A stretch of 64,000 bases of DNA from a virus (lineage: Duplodnaviria > Caudoviricetes): IMG/VR virus record IMGVR_UViG_3300028833_000111, positions 30,801 through 94,800 of that record, one strand, 5' to 3'. Of this stretch, positions 21,201-32,300 are shown piece by piece; position 1 is the stretch's first letter, and each line of letters starts with the position of its first letter. The notes beneath the pieces are model-generated. The model was not told the DNA's origin. It saw nothing but the letters and a program-made list of their open reading frames with translations, and searched no databases. The translations under genes and the position numbers were made by a program.

Positions 21201-22977
21201 TTATAGACTTTATGATTATGATATAAGGGAATACACATTATTCACAACAAGAGAAGATGATGAATGGCTTCCTGAGAAAAATATGTATAAATATGACTGG
21301 ATTAATTCGACAAAACTTGTTACATATGATACTCCATCATACAAAAACGGAGAATATATAGCATATCAAGGTTTGCCTGTTTCATATAGAAACGAAACTG
21401 ACTTTAACGGAAACGAATTAAGACATCTATACCCTCACTTTAACACAAATGGTATTTATGATGGAAATCCATATTATCAGATGGATGGTGGATGGCTGCA
21501 AAAGAAACCGTTTGTATTTGATGTATATAATAATATAATACCTGAAGATTATGAATCAGATAATAGGAAGAATAAAGCGTTATTCACAGAGACAGTTAAA
21601 AACATTAAAACAGTTAAAACGCTTGGTGAGCTGTTGTCTAATCCTTCAATAGCAACGCATAGCGGAGATATTTGTCAAGTGACTGATTTGACAGGTAGAT
21701 ATGCTGTAATAGATGGATATTTGTACCCTCTTTATACAGAGTTTAATGAAAACGAAGCAGAAAGAGGATACAGCTTCTTCTATGTTCCTGTATCTAATCA
21801 TTCAATGTCTGTAGGTAATGAATTATTTACTGATTATGTTGTTGTAAGTAATCCATATTCAGCAGGATATAAAGAAAGAATAGATTTACTAGATGAATAT
21901 TATGAAAATAGAGAAGTAAAAATTTATATCCTACAAAAAGAAGTGGAAGATGAAAACACTAAAGAAAAGAAAAAAGTATACGATATAGATGTATATTCAA
22001 AAGATAACTCTATAAGCACATTTACTATTTTTGAAAATGGTAAATATATGGAAGGCGATAATTATACAAATTATTTCAGACTTAATAATGTTGATTTCTA
22101 TAATGAATTAAGCGTTCTCGGATGGCAACAACTGAAAGATGATGAGTATGAATATTATAGGATTAATACAATAACTGACTATAGAAAAGGTAATAATCCT
22201 CATACTGGTCATATGATGTATGACAACGGTCACAAATATTTGACATACTTCCAAAAGATTTTCAAAACAGTAATAGATGAAGATTTGATAGACTATAGAT
22301 TATATGATGAATATGATGATAAGTATACTTATGAAATAGAAGATTTAGGTTTCACTAACCTTATAGATAGAGATGTTTGCGAACCAGATTATGACAAATT
22401 CTTAAGAGAGGATAGCAAATGCCACTTCTTTGGTAAACTCATTTCAAAAATAGATGAAACATGTAATGATTCAAGAAAGAATATGTCTTGCTTTGAAAAG
22501 AGAGAAAAGGCAAATGCTTCTCAATTTGATAACATTAGCAATGAATGTGTTGTAAGAGACGATTCATATAAATTGACTGACATATTTAGAAAGTCTAAAA
22601 TAGATGATTCTACAGGTAAACTTTTGATTAAAAATCTTAAATATGGAAGCGTTTATGACAGCTTTGGAGAATATGCAGAACATTACAATAGTAAAACTGA
22701 TACTTGGGAAAATGGGTATGATGAAAGTAAGATTGATAACGTAACAGACCAAATTGTAAACACAAAGAGAATTGAAATTGAATTCTTTATAAAGAATAGA
22801 CACGAATATTCTAAAGAGTGGTTAGAAGAAATTAAGTACATAGATTCTGTTATATTACCTTACTTGGAACAAATGATACCTTCTACCGTTATATGGAGAG
22901 TTAAGTATACAACAAGGGATAAGGAAGATTGGTGCGAACCTGACGTTAAGCCTTGCCCAACTGATAATAAAAAATAA
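18205..22977 (+). CDS. Baseplate wedge protein, P2 gpI/T4 gp7-like core with large insertions
   Basis: 1590 aa; IWRHKGTIEGMEMLLSMFG resembles the KGT motif of gpI/gp7-like proteins; ends with YLEQMIPS. Confidence 0.65.
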   Translation: MAKYIKSHSNYVIRTKHQATNDGTIFERDITTIGGRDQFARGQVPIYKTGNFVITINNDRSDYNKKSEMDWQRNDEGEIWTLNNLRNFEKDEKTSDDRKIVIKKDYYDIRDFAYYGSCAELMRGSVNNILKNYPGELFIPYETLYIGEDGSVQYTKEAADLAFGEGNYKIERRGIKGYYTSFEKRKSRIIEYDCDGVIEEHELKTVSLLLDEDELTEEELEELEMGIPYTREFKYLTDEFGNLLKDDNGNIIGIKSLSLIDNPFGINIHDKFVPEGANPLRYFAEGGINNYVGYLKLNDDDKIDIDGEWKIDAEHEYTITIESIVLDGIGEKVFREETFNADGSLCPNDECLSNLNVNLLAFEEVEKKFGCILECLDPGKYIGRIELCFRKNHYTFKTTPGLQRDENGEPIIDCCDGSLEFDSGDGLDADTEIEGKYKGEDTQVDSFIVDDCEYRLTIYMFMGNNNEIKYLVEDVDQAGNIDFNFGDEDSPCVTDEASAITDFGGSFYWKNFVSRIRPTEEIIDDYFDNLDLFEKTLLNRYSDPLYTATFELLSDNDFGNYTYIRQFTFPTTYGGWNLGSATKAFTTYINSLSEVGEYYDSKYTDNLWRSMTHESIKNFDWTYTRHYTPGEEEPYTEAGTKIQKIIRLYGREFDEVKSFIEAIDDFNTITYDDVNNLPDYFFSDKLEEQGWDVKFIHTLHLSEYINGHMSVPVDIHRLFKEKYDEDGNRICTEDAEKMNYFYDHPLKGPDTHDINETFNVNVDDLCATSDCYTDFDIGLQALQTDEDITEYFERHKITIQRVFNTEKITVVPYSCSNITTIKETKYSKKYFDNNKSIVDFEFDKEELDPCLLDGDFDMQSIVKTGENVRNGYHNDCGEIIRIYCDEEKYTSDDVNNEFMKRLYLNSPEIWRHKGTIEGMEMLLSMFGLRSKNRVLTDEKYFVNQKDLENVDTNIIFDVDKTELNSCSLSNIINLTAEKGSCLATTDLGKTYYKNYEDKLYRLYDYDIREYTLFTTREDDEWLPEKNMYKYDWINSTKLVTYDTPSYKNGEYIAYQGLPVSYRNETDFNGNELRHLYPHFNTNGIYDGNPYYQMDGGWLQKKPFVFDVYNNIIPEDYESDNRKNKALFTETVKNIKTVKTLGELLSNPSIATHSGDICQVTDLTGRYAVIDGYLYPLYTEFNENEAERGYSFFYVPVSNHSMSVGNELFTDYVVVSNPYSAGYKERIDLLDEYYENREVKIYILQKEVEDENTKEKKKVYDIDVYSKDNSISTFTIFENGKYMEGDNYTNYFRLNNVDFYNELSVLGWQQLKDDEYEYYRINTITDYRKGNNPHTGHMMYDNGHKYLTYFQKIFKTVIDEDLIDYRLYDEYDDKYTYEIEDLGFTNLIDRDVCEPDYDKFLREDSKCHFFGKLISKIDETCNDSRKNMSCFEKREKANASQFDNISNECVVRDDSYKLTDIFRKSKIDDSTGKLLIKNLKYGSVYDSFGEYAEHYNSKTDTWENGYDESKIDNVTDQIVNTKRIEIEFFIKNRHEYSKEWLEEIKYIDSVILPYLEQMIPSTVIWRVKYTTRDKEDWCEPDVKPCPTDNKK

Positions 22978-22986
22978 TTTAAACTG

Positions 22987-23937
22987 ATGAAAAAAGGTAA
23001 AGGTTGGAGAGCTATAATATATGATGCTCCTTGGGCTTTTTTTAAAAAAAATCAACCGGGTGTAATTGTCTCGGAGGATGGTAAATCCTGCGAGACGGTT
23101 GATGATGATAAATCAAGCATAATTATTATTGCATATAAAAATACAGAACAAGTTAAAAGAACAAGGGGACACGTATTTTTTAGGCAAAAAGGAACTGAAT
23201 TATTTGATATTGTTTGTCTAGACCAAAATGCTTCAGTTGTTATTCATCAGTTGGAATTGAGAGTAGATGACGTTACAATTGATGGATGCAGTACTCAAAA
23301 ATATTTAGATTTGAAAGAAGCAATTAAAAATAGAGTCTACTGGGTTGAAGATAGCGTAAGAACACCTTGTACTGATTTCGTTCTTAAAACGCCAACCCAA
23401 ACAACAATATTAGATGAGGGAGAAACTTATCCTATAAAAGTCACTGCTAAAATATACGATAAAGAATATGACGCATCGGCAAACGTTTATGTAACTAATG
23501 CTGATGAAGAATCTGAACCAGTACGTGTTGAAACTATATTCTCAATTGATTGTATTAAGAATTACATTACTAAGAAAACTGGAGGCTCAGTAACTTGTTC
23601 TATTTATCCTAACAACAAAGAAGTTGAATGCAAGGGAAATGTTACATTTAAACTAAATAAAAATGATACTACGTATGTTACATATGAAATAGGATTGGCA
23701 TGTGCTGGAGTAATAAATAAATTCCAAACAACTAAATGTAATGCTATAGAAAGAGAATTTTCTGAGCAAGGAAATTTATTATGGACAGTTGATACCGATA
23801 ATGGAAATGTTAACGTAATAAATCAAGGCCCTCCTTTACAGATTTCAGTTAAAAACGGAGTTTCAAAAGTTAAACTAATAGCCACAGAAACCACATATAA
23901 TATAAGCCAACCAATAACTATAAATTTACCTAATTAA
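22987..23937 (+). CDS. Ig-like/beta-rich putative tail fibre-associated protein
   Basis: N...RTRGHVFFRQ BACON-like segment; Cys-containing. Confidence 0.5.
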   Translation: MKKGKGWRAIIYDAPWAFFKKNQPGVIVSEDGKSCETVDDDKSSIIIIAYKNTEQVKRTRGHVFFRQKGTELFDIVCLDQNASVVIHQLELRVDDVTIDGCSTQKYLDLKEAIKNRVYWVEDSVRTPCTDFVLKTPTQTTILDEGETYPIKVTAKIYDKEYDASANVYVTNADEESEPVRVETIFSIDCIKNYITKKTGGSVTCSIYPNNKEVECKGNVTFKLNKNDTTYVTYEIGLACAGVINKFQTTKCNAIEREFSEQGNLLWTVDTDNGNVNVINQGPPLQISVKNGVSKVKLIATETTYNISQPITINLPN

Positions 23938-23942
23938 AGATT

Positions 23943-24446
23943 ATGTATACATTTAGTGCTACTCTTACAAGCGATTACTCTATAAATGTAGATACAAATA
24001 CATATTGGAGTTGTAAAGTTATTGGGAATTTTATGCTTTCAAAATATGATGGAGAAGGTGGTGAAATTGTTGATATTATAATACCTGAAGATGTAACAAA
24101 TGCCAATGGGACAGTCATTTTTTCTTATGGCGATGAAAGATGCAAATATCCAGATTTGCCTGTATATTTAGCCAATCTTTGCTACATTGATACTGAACCA
24201 AAATATAGAATTTGTAATGATGAAAAAATAATATTCTTTGAATACGAAGAAAATAGAGAAGTCTTTTTTGTTTCAGTTAGATGCTATAATGGATGGAAAG
24301 TAGAATCAACAGATTTAAAATTTATAACCAATAACAATGAAATAATGATTATATCTTCAGGTAAAGACGGGGAAGTAAAAATTATACCTGATAATGATTG
24401 TGGAGGTAAAAATATTGTTAAAATAAAATTAATCAAAAAAAGGTGA
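23943..24446 (+). CDS. BACON-like small structural protein
   Basis: VDTNTYW...LSKYDGEG...GTVIF pattern. Confidence 0.5.
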   Translation: MYTFSATLTSDYSINVDTNTYWSCKVIGNFMLSKYDGEGGEIVDIIIPEDVTNANGTVIFSYGDERCKYPDLPVYLANLCYIDTEPKYRICNDEKIIFFEYEENREVFFVSVRCYNGWKVESTDLKFITNNNEIMIISSGKDGEVKIIPDNDCGGKNIVKIKLIKKR

Positions 24447-24470
24447 TACATTGTAGTATCACCTTTTTTT
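24435..24470. terminator. Bidirectional intrinsic terminator between convergent genes
   Basis: AAAAAAAGGTGATAC-ATTGTA-GTATCACCTTTTTTT. Confidence 0.85.
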
Positions 24471-24474
24471 ACTT

Positions 24475-25500
24475 TTAGTTATATAGATATTCTAAATTTG
24501 TCAACTTTAAATAACAAGTTATTCCTTGAACTTGTACACTTACATCTAATTGTGCTTCTATATAAGTATTATTATATTTGTATTTAGATTGAAGATAGAT
24601 GTTTAATGTTGAATTATCATATTCAACAACCTTAGTAACAGTAAACTCAACTCTATTAGCATAATTACTTCCATCATTATTACAACCCCACCAAACATTA
24701 AGTTGTATGTTTTGTAAAATTCTTAAGCCATAAGGTTCTCCAGTTTCAGAAACTTCTATGCCACTTTTAAGTACCTTTGAAATGCTAATATCGCCGTCCA
24801 ATCTATTTTGATTATTAGCCTCTCCAAAATATACAGACGTAATATCAACTTTTTTAGACCTTTCTGCATTTGAGCAAGCATTATTAGAGCAATCTAAAGT
24901 AAGAAATACATTATCTAATTCATAGCCGGTGCAATATGGATACCAATAGTCAACTTGCCCATCCAAGTCAACAGATATGCCACCTAGTTTATTTTCGTAT
25001 AAATCAAATTTATTCAATCCTTCTAAAGTAAATTCTGCGTTAAATTCTGCGTCAATACACTTTGTTTTTTCAGTTCCATCTAATCTTATTTCTCCATTAC
25101 AATCTATACTTCCTCTAAATGGATTAAATTCATAATTCTTTTTTGATATACTAACTGTAACACTTTCAACATCATACAGTTCTATTGTTGCAACACCATC
25201 TTGTATAGTTCCTTCGGCTACAATTTTACTATCAACATACCAAGTAACTTTAGCACCTTCAACATTTGACCTAATTGTAAATTTACAAGGCACTGGTGGC
25301 TCAGGTCCAGGACCGGGTGGTGGATTATAGCATGATTTAACAGTCAAAGTTGCTTCGCTACTACAATCCGCGTCTTCATAAATTACTTTATAAGTAACAG
25401 GGTTTTCTCCTTTGTTTTCTGGATATTCAAAAGAAAATTCACTAGCTGTAGATGAACATATTACATTATTGTTGCTATCTTTTAATGACCAATTTCCCAT
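24475..25500 (-). CDS. Putative fibre/adhesin protein (Ig-like and PEGA-like domains, Pro linker)
   Basis: PPPGPGPEPPVP linker; IRSNVEGAKV...VSISKKNY PEGA-like pattern. Confidence 0.55.
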   Translation of the reverse strand: MGNWSLKDSNNNVICSSTASEFSFEYPENKGENPVTYKVIYEDADCSSEATLTVKSCYNPPPGPGPEPPVPCKFTIRSNVEGAKVTWYVDSKIVAEGTIQDGVATIELYDVESVTVSISKKNYEFNPFRGSIDCNGEIRLDGTEKTKCIDAEFNAEFTLEGLNKFDLYENKLGGISVDLDGQVDYWYPYCTGYELDNVFLTLDCSNNACSNAERSKKVDITSVYFGEANNQNRLDGDISISKVLKSGIEVSETGEPYGLRILQNIQLNVWWGCNNDGSNYANRVEFTVTKVVEYDNSTLNIYLQSKYKYNNTYIEAQLDVSVQVQGITCYLKLTNLEYLYN

Positions 25501-25512
25501 TATTGTTTATAT

Positions 25513-25530
25513 TTATATTTATAAATATAA
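25513..25530. promoter_or_regulatory. Perfect 18-bp palindrome presenting the putative late-promoter motif on both strands
   Basis: TTATATTTATAAATATAA between divergent genes. Confidence 0.6.
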
Positions 25531-25553
25531 TAATCTAATAAAACATATTGTTT

Positions 25554-26903
25554 ATGTCAAGTTTTGAAGTACATTTATACAACGTTAGTACAGGTAAATA
25601 TGATATATTAATGACAGAGGGAGTAAATAGTGAAACTCTGGAAGTGAAATTTCCAAAAAATGATACAACTCAAGATAGGTCTTACAAAATAGAATATACT
25701 GATGATTATGATTGTCATATTGAAAAAATTATTACAATTCCAGCCGGTACTAATTGCCAGACAAAATATTGCACTTGCGATGATATACAAGATTTAAGAA
25801 AAGAAGAAATAAATCAAGTTACATTATCATCAGCAAAAAATAAAAATTATGTTTTAAAACTTTCAGGCAAGGATTGTACATTATCCTATAATGTTGCTTT
25901 TTTTGATAATATTGATAATAGTCTTGCTAAAGAAGTGACTATGCCTAGTTGGTTAAAAAAACCCGTATTAACGACAACCGGCATTACATTTGAAACAGCT
26001 GAAGAAAATGAAACGAACGTTGAAAAGTATGTTTATGCAAAGATATTAGTTAATGGAGAAGTGTGCGACTACGTTATAAAAATAACTCAAGCAGCAAAAG
26101 AGTGCATATTTAAAGTTCAATTTAATAATACTTGGGCTGAAGACGTAATAATATATGTGGTTAGTGAGGATAAACTAAATCCAGATGGTACTATAAAAAG
26201 TTATGATTATAAATATGAAGTAGGCTTTTCACACACTGAAATAAAGGATTATAAATTAAATCCTGGCGAAAATAGAGATAATTTACGATTAGTGTGTGTT
26301 GCTCCTGGTTGGAAAGTCACAATTAAAAATGACCCTGTTTATGTTCATTGTAATGATTCAACAATATATAGCATAACATTGGAAAAAACTGTATCATTAG
26401 TTGGTATGTACACTAGAAATGATGATACTAAAACTACAACACTTGGAGAATTTAGGCTTAAGGATACAGAACCTTATACAGATAGTTATTTTACTGGCAG
26501 TAGTGACGTTATAGAACACTATATTAAATCAGACGATTTTGAATCAAAATTCGTGTTCCATTTAAAGTGGAATGTTTATGTAGGTTGTAAATGTTACGAA
26601 CCATTCTCTACTTATACAGATGAACCTGTTACAAATCTTGGGCCTATCTATTGTTCTTTTGATATTGGAAAATCTGTAGGAACATTTAAAAATGGAGACA
26701 ATGTTAATTTAAACGGAAGATTTATATGCTATAATCCTTCAGGTGAAGGGCATGTGTCTTATAACTATGAAACTTGTAGTGGCGGACAGGAAACAGATAC
26801 AAGAATAGGATTAGGAACATCATATACTACGGTATCTGAATGGAGACGTGATATAACACTTAACGGCTTAACTATCGTTTTAATAACGCTTTGTCCATTC
26901 TAA
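25554..26903 (+). CDS. BACON-domain putative fibre/adhesin protein
   Basis: MPSWL...ITFETAEEN...IKITQA BACON-like domain; ATG at 25554. Confidence 0.6.
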   Translation: MSSFEVHLYNVSTGKYDILMTEGVNSETLEVKFPKNDTTQDRSYKIEYTDDYDCHIEKIITIPAGTNCQTKYCTCDDIQDLRKEEINQVTLSSAKNKNYVLKLSGKDCTLSYNVAFFDNIDNSLAKEVTMPSWLKKPVLTTTGITFETAEENETNVEKYVYAKILVNGEVCDYVIKITQAAKECIFKVQFNNTWAEDVIIYVVSEDKLNPDGTIKSYDYKYEVGFSHTEIKDYKLNPGENRDNLRLVCVAPGWKVTIKNDPVYVHCNDSTIYSITLEKTVSLVGMYTRNDDTKTTTLGEFRLKDTEPYTDSYFTGSSDVIEHYIKSDDFESKFVFHLKWNVYVGCKCYEPFSTYTDEPVTNLGPIYCSFDIGKSVGTFKNGDNVNLNGRFICYNPSGEGHVSYNYETCSGGQETDTRIGLGTSYTTVSEWRRDITLNGLTIVLITLCPF

Positions 26904-27724
26904 TAATTGATTAATATTTCTTTATCATTATCTATGTCCTCTATTGATTTTATTTCAAAATCGTAGAGGGCATATTCATTTGATAAGTCAACGAATTTAT
27001 GTTCTTTCTTCTCCAAATCCCATACAACAAATCCATGCTGAGTTATTGTCTCTCCAAACGTTTGTTGTATTAATGAACCAGGATATACAATTTTCACGTC
27101 TCCCCTTTTTATTTCTTGCCTTTTATGAATATCTCCCGCTGCAACAAAATCGCATCCTTCAAAAGTATCGCATGATACTCCTGAATCAATTACAGTTCCA
27201 TTATTAAGTGTCGCCCCAACAATTGTTCCATGATAAAGTCCAATAACAGTATTATCAGGAAAGTCTTTTTTTGCTTGGTCAATATTTGGTCTTCTATAAT
27301 CTGCAAATATTGAATATAATGCCCATGTTACATTATCATCATGTATTATACCACTATCATAGCCAAGATATGAATCAAGATGAATTGAGTTTTCAAATTG
27401 TGATGCTGTAAAAATTGCTGTTAATGTGTCTATTCGTGACATATTGCCAACCATTAGGTCATGGTTTCCACTTATCACAACAACCTTTCCAAATTGTTCC
27501 AATTGACGAATCCAAGCTGAAACAAATGCTATTAATTCATTGCTAATGCTGTTTTTAGAATGTACAATATCCCCTGAAACTACAATTCTTATTTCATCGT
27601 AGTTATATCCTTTTATTTCTTCCTTTATTTTTTCATTTAATTCATTAAGTTTTAAAGTGTATTCATCCATTCTAAGGAATGGCCTTATATGAATATCAGC
27701 TAAATGTATAATTTTACGTATCAT
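26900..27724 (-). CDS. Metallophosphoesterase, SbcD/Mre11/gp47-like nuclease
   Basis: DIH, GDIVH, GNHD, YHG, GDIH and YPGS motifs. Confidence 0.85.
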   Translation of the reverse strand: MIRKIIHLADIHIRPFLRMDEYTLKLNELNEKIKEEIKGYNYDEIRIVVSGDIVHSKNSISNELIAFVSAWIRQLEQFGKVVVISGNHDLMVGNMSRIDTLTAIFTASQFENSIHLDSYLGYDSGIIHDDNVTWALYSIFADYRRPNIDQAKKDFPDNTVIGLYHGTIVGATLNNGTVIDSGVSCDTFEGCDFVAAGDIHKRQEIKRGDVKIVYPGSLIQQTFGETITQHGFVVWDLEKKEHKFVDLSNEYALYDFEIKSIEDIDNDKEILINY

Positions 27725-27745
27725 GTTATCTTTTTAACTTTGTTG

Positions 27746-27753
27746 CAAATATA
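27746..27753 (-). promoter_or_regulatory. Bacteroidota housekeeping -7 promoter element (TAnnTTTG)
   Basis: TATATTTG about 22 nt upstream of the SbcD-like start. Confidence 0.7.
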
Positions 27754-27776
27754 CAAAAAAAATATTAGATAGAGAA

Positions 27777-27784
27777 ATATTTAT
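27777..27784 (+). promoter_or_regulatory. Putative phage late promoter ATATTTAT
   Basis: Same motif at 25515, 38021, 43713, 44855, 46479, 58178, 59107, 59637, 61537 and 62209, each 15-40 nt before a start codon. Confidence 0.6.
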
Positions 27785-27804
27785 ATTAAAAAATTATTTT
27801 AAAA

Positions 27805-29277
27805 ATGGAGAATATTTGGACTGCTAGTACCGAGACAAAGTGGATTTCTTTCTGCGAGGTTGGTGATGTTAGTTGGGAAGAATGGCTTCAAAACCGTTGT
27901 ACAGAAATAACAGGAGAAGCAGGCGATAGAATAACAATATATGTATTCGAAGCAACAAGCCCATATGACGAAGAAACAGGCTCTATAAAAATAGTTACAG
28001 ACGATAAAGTTATTGAGAAAGAAATAACACGTTGCGTTCCTAAAATTGATTCATCTGAGGTTTCTATTAATTATACTATAAATGGAAAAGACTGCGATAA
28101 TTGTGTTACCGTAGAACCATGCGAGGGAGGTATATCAAATAATGATAATACAGGAGTAAACATTGAAAATATTGTTTTAACAACTGTATATATATTGGAT
28201 AATGGCTCCAGAATGGAACCTGTTACTGAAAATTTAACATTAAATGATGTTAATGTTACTTTTATTTATAATAATGGTGAAACATCTTTAGTCCTTAAAA
28301 AGAACGATGGAGCAGACAGATTTGTTACTGTTAGAGTAGAATATAAACAAGACATAAGTATTTACAAAGATAAAATAATAAAGCAATTAGGCCTTAGAAA
28401 AAGTGATGGAACTTATAAAGATGACGTTATTACTATAATTAAAGAAGGAGAAAAAAAGGAAACATATAGTAATTTTGATTTTGGGGATGAATGCAAAGTT
28501 ACAAATCCAATTTATTGTGACGCTGGTACTATGGCTTTTAGCCACAAAGGTACTTTAAAAATTTCATATTCTAAATCAACAGGAAAAACTATATGTAATG
28601 ACGAGGTAGAAATTGATAATGGAAATACTGAAACAGTAATGATACCTGATAATATGGTTAGCTATTCTGTAGATAATAACGAGTTTTTTTATTTTACAGA
28701 TGGAAATATACTTAATTGGGTAGCTAATACAGGTACTACAAATTTAAAAGCAACCGTAAAAGCAATACTAACTAAGACAGATGGAAGTACTGAAGAAGTA
28801 ACTAGAGAAATTTCCGTTCCTACAGGTGATTGTGGAAAATGTGCTTATATAATATTCACTTCAGATAGTTCGTCTATACCTTATACTGGTGGAGATATTA
28901 CATTTACATATTATCTTTCATATAGTTCAATTGCAGATGAAACAGAGGCAATAAAAGATTCAAATTTATATGATTGTTTAAGGGGAAGTTTTTTGAATAC
29001 TAGTGGTGATAAGTCTAAATTTAGCATAGGAAATGAAAGTGAAAAATCAACCGGAATATTTACAACGGTAGTTAGTTTTGTAGAAAGCAATAAAAAATGT
29101 GGAGTAGATGGCGATATATTTAAATTTTCTGTTAGCTGTGATGGAGATAAGATATGCACTCCAAAAACAAAAGAAATAACTTTGCCGCAAGACAGAAGAA
29201 GTGAATATACTAGCATTGACCCAAATGGAAATATTACATGTGAAGGAGGAACGTTTAAATTTACTCCAAAGAAATAG
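27805..29277 (+). CDS. Cys-rich Ig/BACON-like putative fibre protein
   Basis: Repeated beta-sandwich-like modules ending I.Q or I.R-C. Confidence 0.55.
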   Translation: MENIWTASTETKWISFCEVGDVSWEEWLQNRCTEITGEAGDRITIYVFEATSPYDEETGSIKIVTDDKVIEKEITRCVPKIDSSEVSINYTINGKDCDNCVTVEPCEGGISNNDNTGVNIENIVLTTVYILDNGSRMEPVTENLTLNDVNVTFIYNNGETSLVLKKNDGADRFVTVRVEYKQDISIYKDKIIKQLGLRKSDGTYKDDVITIIKEGEKKETYSNFDFGDECKVTNPIYCDAGTMAFSHKGTLKISYSKSTGKTICNDEVEIDNGNTETVMIPDNMVSYSVDNNEFFYFTDGNILNWVANTGTTNLKATVKAILTKTDGSTEEVTREISVPTGDCGKCAYIIFTSDSSSIPYTGGDITFTYYLSYSSIADETEAIKDSNLYDCLRGSFLNTSGDKSKFSIGNESEKSTGIFTTVVSFVESNKKCGVDGDIFKFSVSCDGDKICTPKTKEITLPQDRRSEYTSIDPNGNITCEGGTFKFTPKK

Positions 29278-29317
29278 TAATAAATGTTACAATAATAGAT
29301 TTTAAAACAACAATATA

Positions 29318-32300
29318 ATGGGAGAAATAGTAAGGAATGACCTTAGTTGGATAGCAAAAGCTGTAGATAATAATGGAAATAGAATAGATGGAGCAGGAGG
29401 ATGGGTTACAATTAGTCCATCACAAGGCGCTGGTGACTCTAATATTAACATAGAAGTTAAAAACTCTGATAGACGAGCAGATAGCGTTGAAGGCTTTGTT
29501 GAAATAAAATGTACATCTTGTAAAACACTTGAAGGTGATGATATTATAAAGAAAATAAAAGTGTGCAGATGCGCTTGTGATTGCGAAAATTGGACATTTA
29601 ACCAAGTTGTTGATACTGTTAAAGATGAAGGTTTAGCAGCAGGCACTACAATTGCCACTTTTCAAAAGAAAAAACTTGATTGTAATTCTAATCTTATGTC
29701 AGCCACCATTAGAAAAGAGGGAGAAGAAACAGGAACAGCATTAAAAATAGAAAATCAAAGTATTAAGTTAAATTATAATATAAATGCAAATAAAGAATTA
29801 CATACAGTTAATTATATTGTTGATTTAAAGTTTGATGGTGGAGATGACGGAAATACATGTCCTGAATACACCATAACGCAAGATGCCCTTGTATGCGATT
29901 GTAAAAAGGTGTTTGATGAGGCAGAAATAAAAAACAGCCTATGTATATCAACATTTGGTGTTAAAAAGGGGGGAACTATAGGAACTTATACAGTTAAAGA
30001 AGGTAATTGTCCCATTGATTATGCTAAAGCCACTTTAGTGCCAATATATCCTGGTGGTAGTACCTATAATTTACGATTAATAGATGGCGAAATTAAATTG
30101 CCTGCAAGTAGAAATATACTTCCAAATGACGAAAGAGGTGCTAAAATTTTTAAATTTACACTAATGTATGGTCAGGATGCAAACAACAAAGAAACTTGTT
30201 TTGAAAAAGAAATAGTACAACCTGGAGTTGATTGCAATTGTGATGATGTTAAATTTGTTTTTAAATCATCTGCTTTAGTTAAAATTGACGAAGAAACTTA
30301 TCAAATACCGCAAAGTGGTTTAACAGCAAATACATTAATAGGAAATTACAGTTTTGTACAGGGGGCATCATGCAAAGATTGTGATGACTGTATACAGGTG
30401 TTAGTAAAGAAAATTGAGCCCGATGGTACTGAGACAGAGTTAAGTAATTTGAAATTGCTTAACGGAGAGATGCGTTTAACACAAGATATAGGTGAAAACG
30501 AAAATCTATCTCCAATTACTTATGTTTTTTCTCCTAGATATAATTTATCTAAAACAAGTCGTAATTGCGATATAAATGGAGATTTGGCACTTGATTGGCA
30601 AGATTGTACTCCTATAGAAATAACGCAGAAAGAACTAGGTTGCGAATGTAAAAACATAGAAGTAACAAGAATATCTAGTAATTTAGACCCTGTTACTTTA
30701 CCAACTGTTGGAACTCATGGAGATTTTGTTGCTGTAGCCAAGGCAACAGCCGGTATATTTGGAACCAATGGCCAATTAATTAAATCATGTGGTAAATTAT
30801 TTGGATACCAACAAAGTACATTAACTATTAGACCTACTGAAGAAGAAATAGAGCAATATAATGGGTTTGTTTATGAAGAGCACGAAGGAGAACAAAAAAA
30901 TAGTATTTTAAGTGTACCAACAGGACAGACTGATAGTGAAGGAAATTATGCTACTTATTATTTTTATGCAAAGGTTGGAAGCCATCCAGAGATAGATTCT
31001 CCTTTTGGGTTTGCAGGTAATGTATATCTTTTAGCTGATGGCTCTACAGAGGCATTAAAATGCTCCGGAAAAGACTTTGAAATTGTAATAGACCCTGACG
31101 CTTGTGATTGTATAATACCTGATAAGGTTAATAACAAAACAAATCCAATAATTGATAAAGTGCCATGCACTGGTACAACAATTCCTTCACAAACTGTAAG
31201 AAATCCAAAATGTATTATGGAATTTAGAGGAATACATAAAAATATGATTCTTTTAATAACTAAATACACTCATCCTGAAGGTGCAGAAGATTTAATTACT
31301 AATATAACAGTAGGAGATAAAACCTCTAATGGCGAAATGTATGGAACATATCCGAAAAACTATGCAGTCAAAATATATGGAAATGTTGGAGAAGGAAGTC
31401 CTACTGAAGAAAGAAAACTTGGAACTATTGAAGTAACTCCTGTTTGTAATCCTGAGTATGATAGTGAAGGACATTATATAGCAGGTACCGGATGGATTTG
31501 TGAACCTAAAGAATATGAAATAATTCAAGAAAAATGTCCAAATTGTGACTGTGATGAAATTAAAACTAAACTTACAATTGAAAAAGAAGATGAAGAATAT
31601 CAATATAATAGATTATTAATTTCATATAATAAACCATTAAACGAACAATTTGAACATGATGAAAATAATAAAAGATACAAAATTGCAATTAATACTGGAA
31701 TAACAAATTGTCCTGTTATTAAAATTGATGGCCAAGTATTAGATGAAGATGGCGTTGAGTGGAAATATGTTACTTATAAAGATGAATGGGGAGAAGATAA
31801 AAATTGGTTTAAAGTTAGAGTAGAAAAAGAACTAGATTATTGGTCTGGTGGAGAAGTATTTTATCTTGTTTTCTATATGTACACTCATAGAAATACAATA
31901 AAGTTTGATGAATATGAACCTTATCCAGACCCGCCGATGCTTAAATTTATTGTTGGGTATTATGAAAAGGAATCTGGCAATTGGAATGAATGCCAAGATT
32001 TAAGTTTTGAAAGAAAAATTTATGACACTGCATGTGTTTGTAATTTACTGAAAGACCCTTATTTTAATAGCGGTTACTTTACCGATACTTATACTGATTA
32101 TTATAAATATTATTTAAATCCAAATAGTAATAAGTTTACAATAAAGTTAGGAGAAAATGATACAACTAAACAAGTAGAGCTATTTAATGATAATTTAAAA
32201 GGTTGCATAGATTTAATTATAAAAATTAAAGGCGAAAGCGAAGGGGAATATACAGAAAGTACAGAATATACATATATAAAGGATGGCGCAAACTTATTTA

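Noticed and set aside
24435-26903. Invertible tail-fibre cassette or diversity-generating retroelement
   Set aside because: No recombinase, reverse transcriptase, flanking inverted repeats or TR/VR pair was seen in the window.
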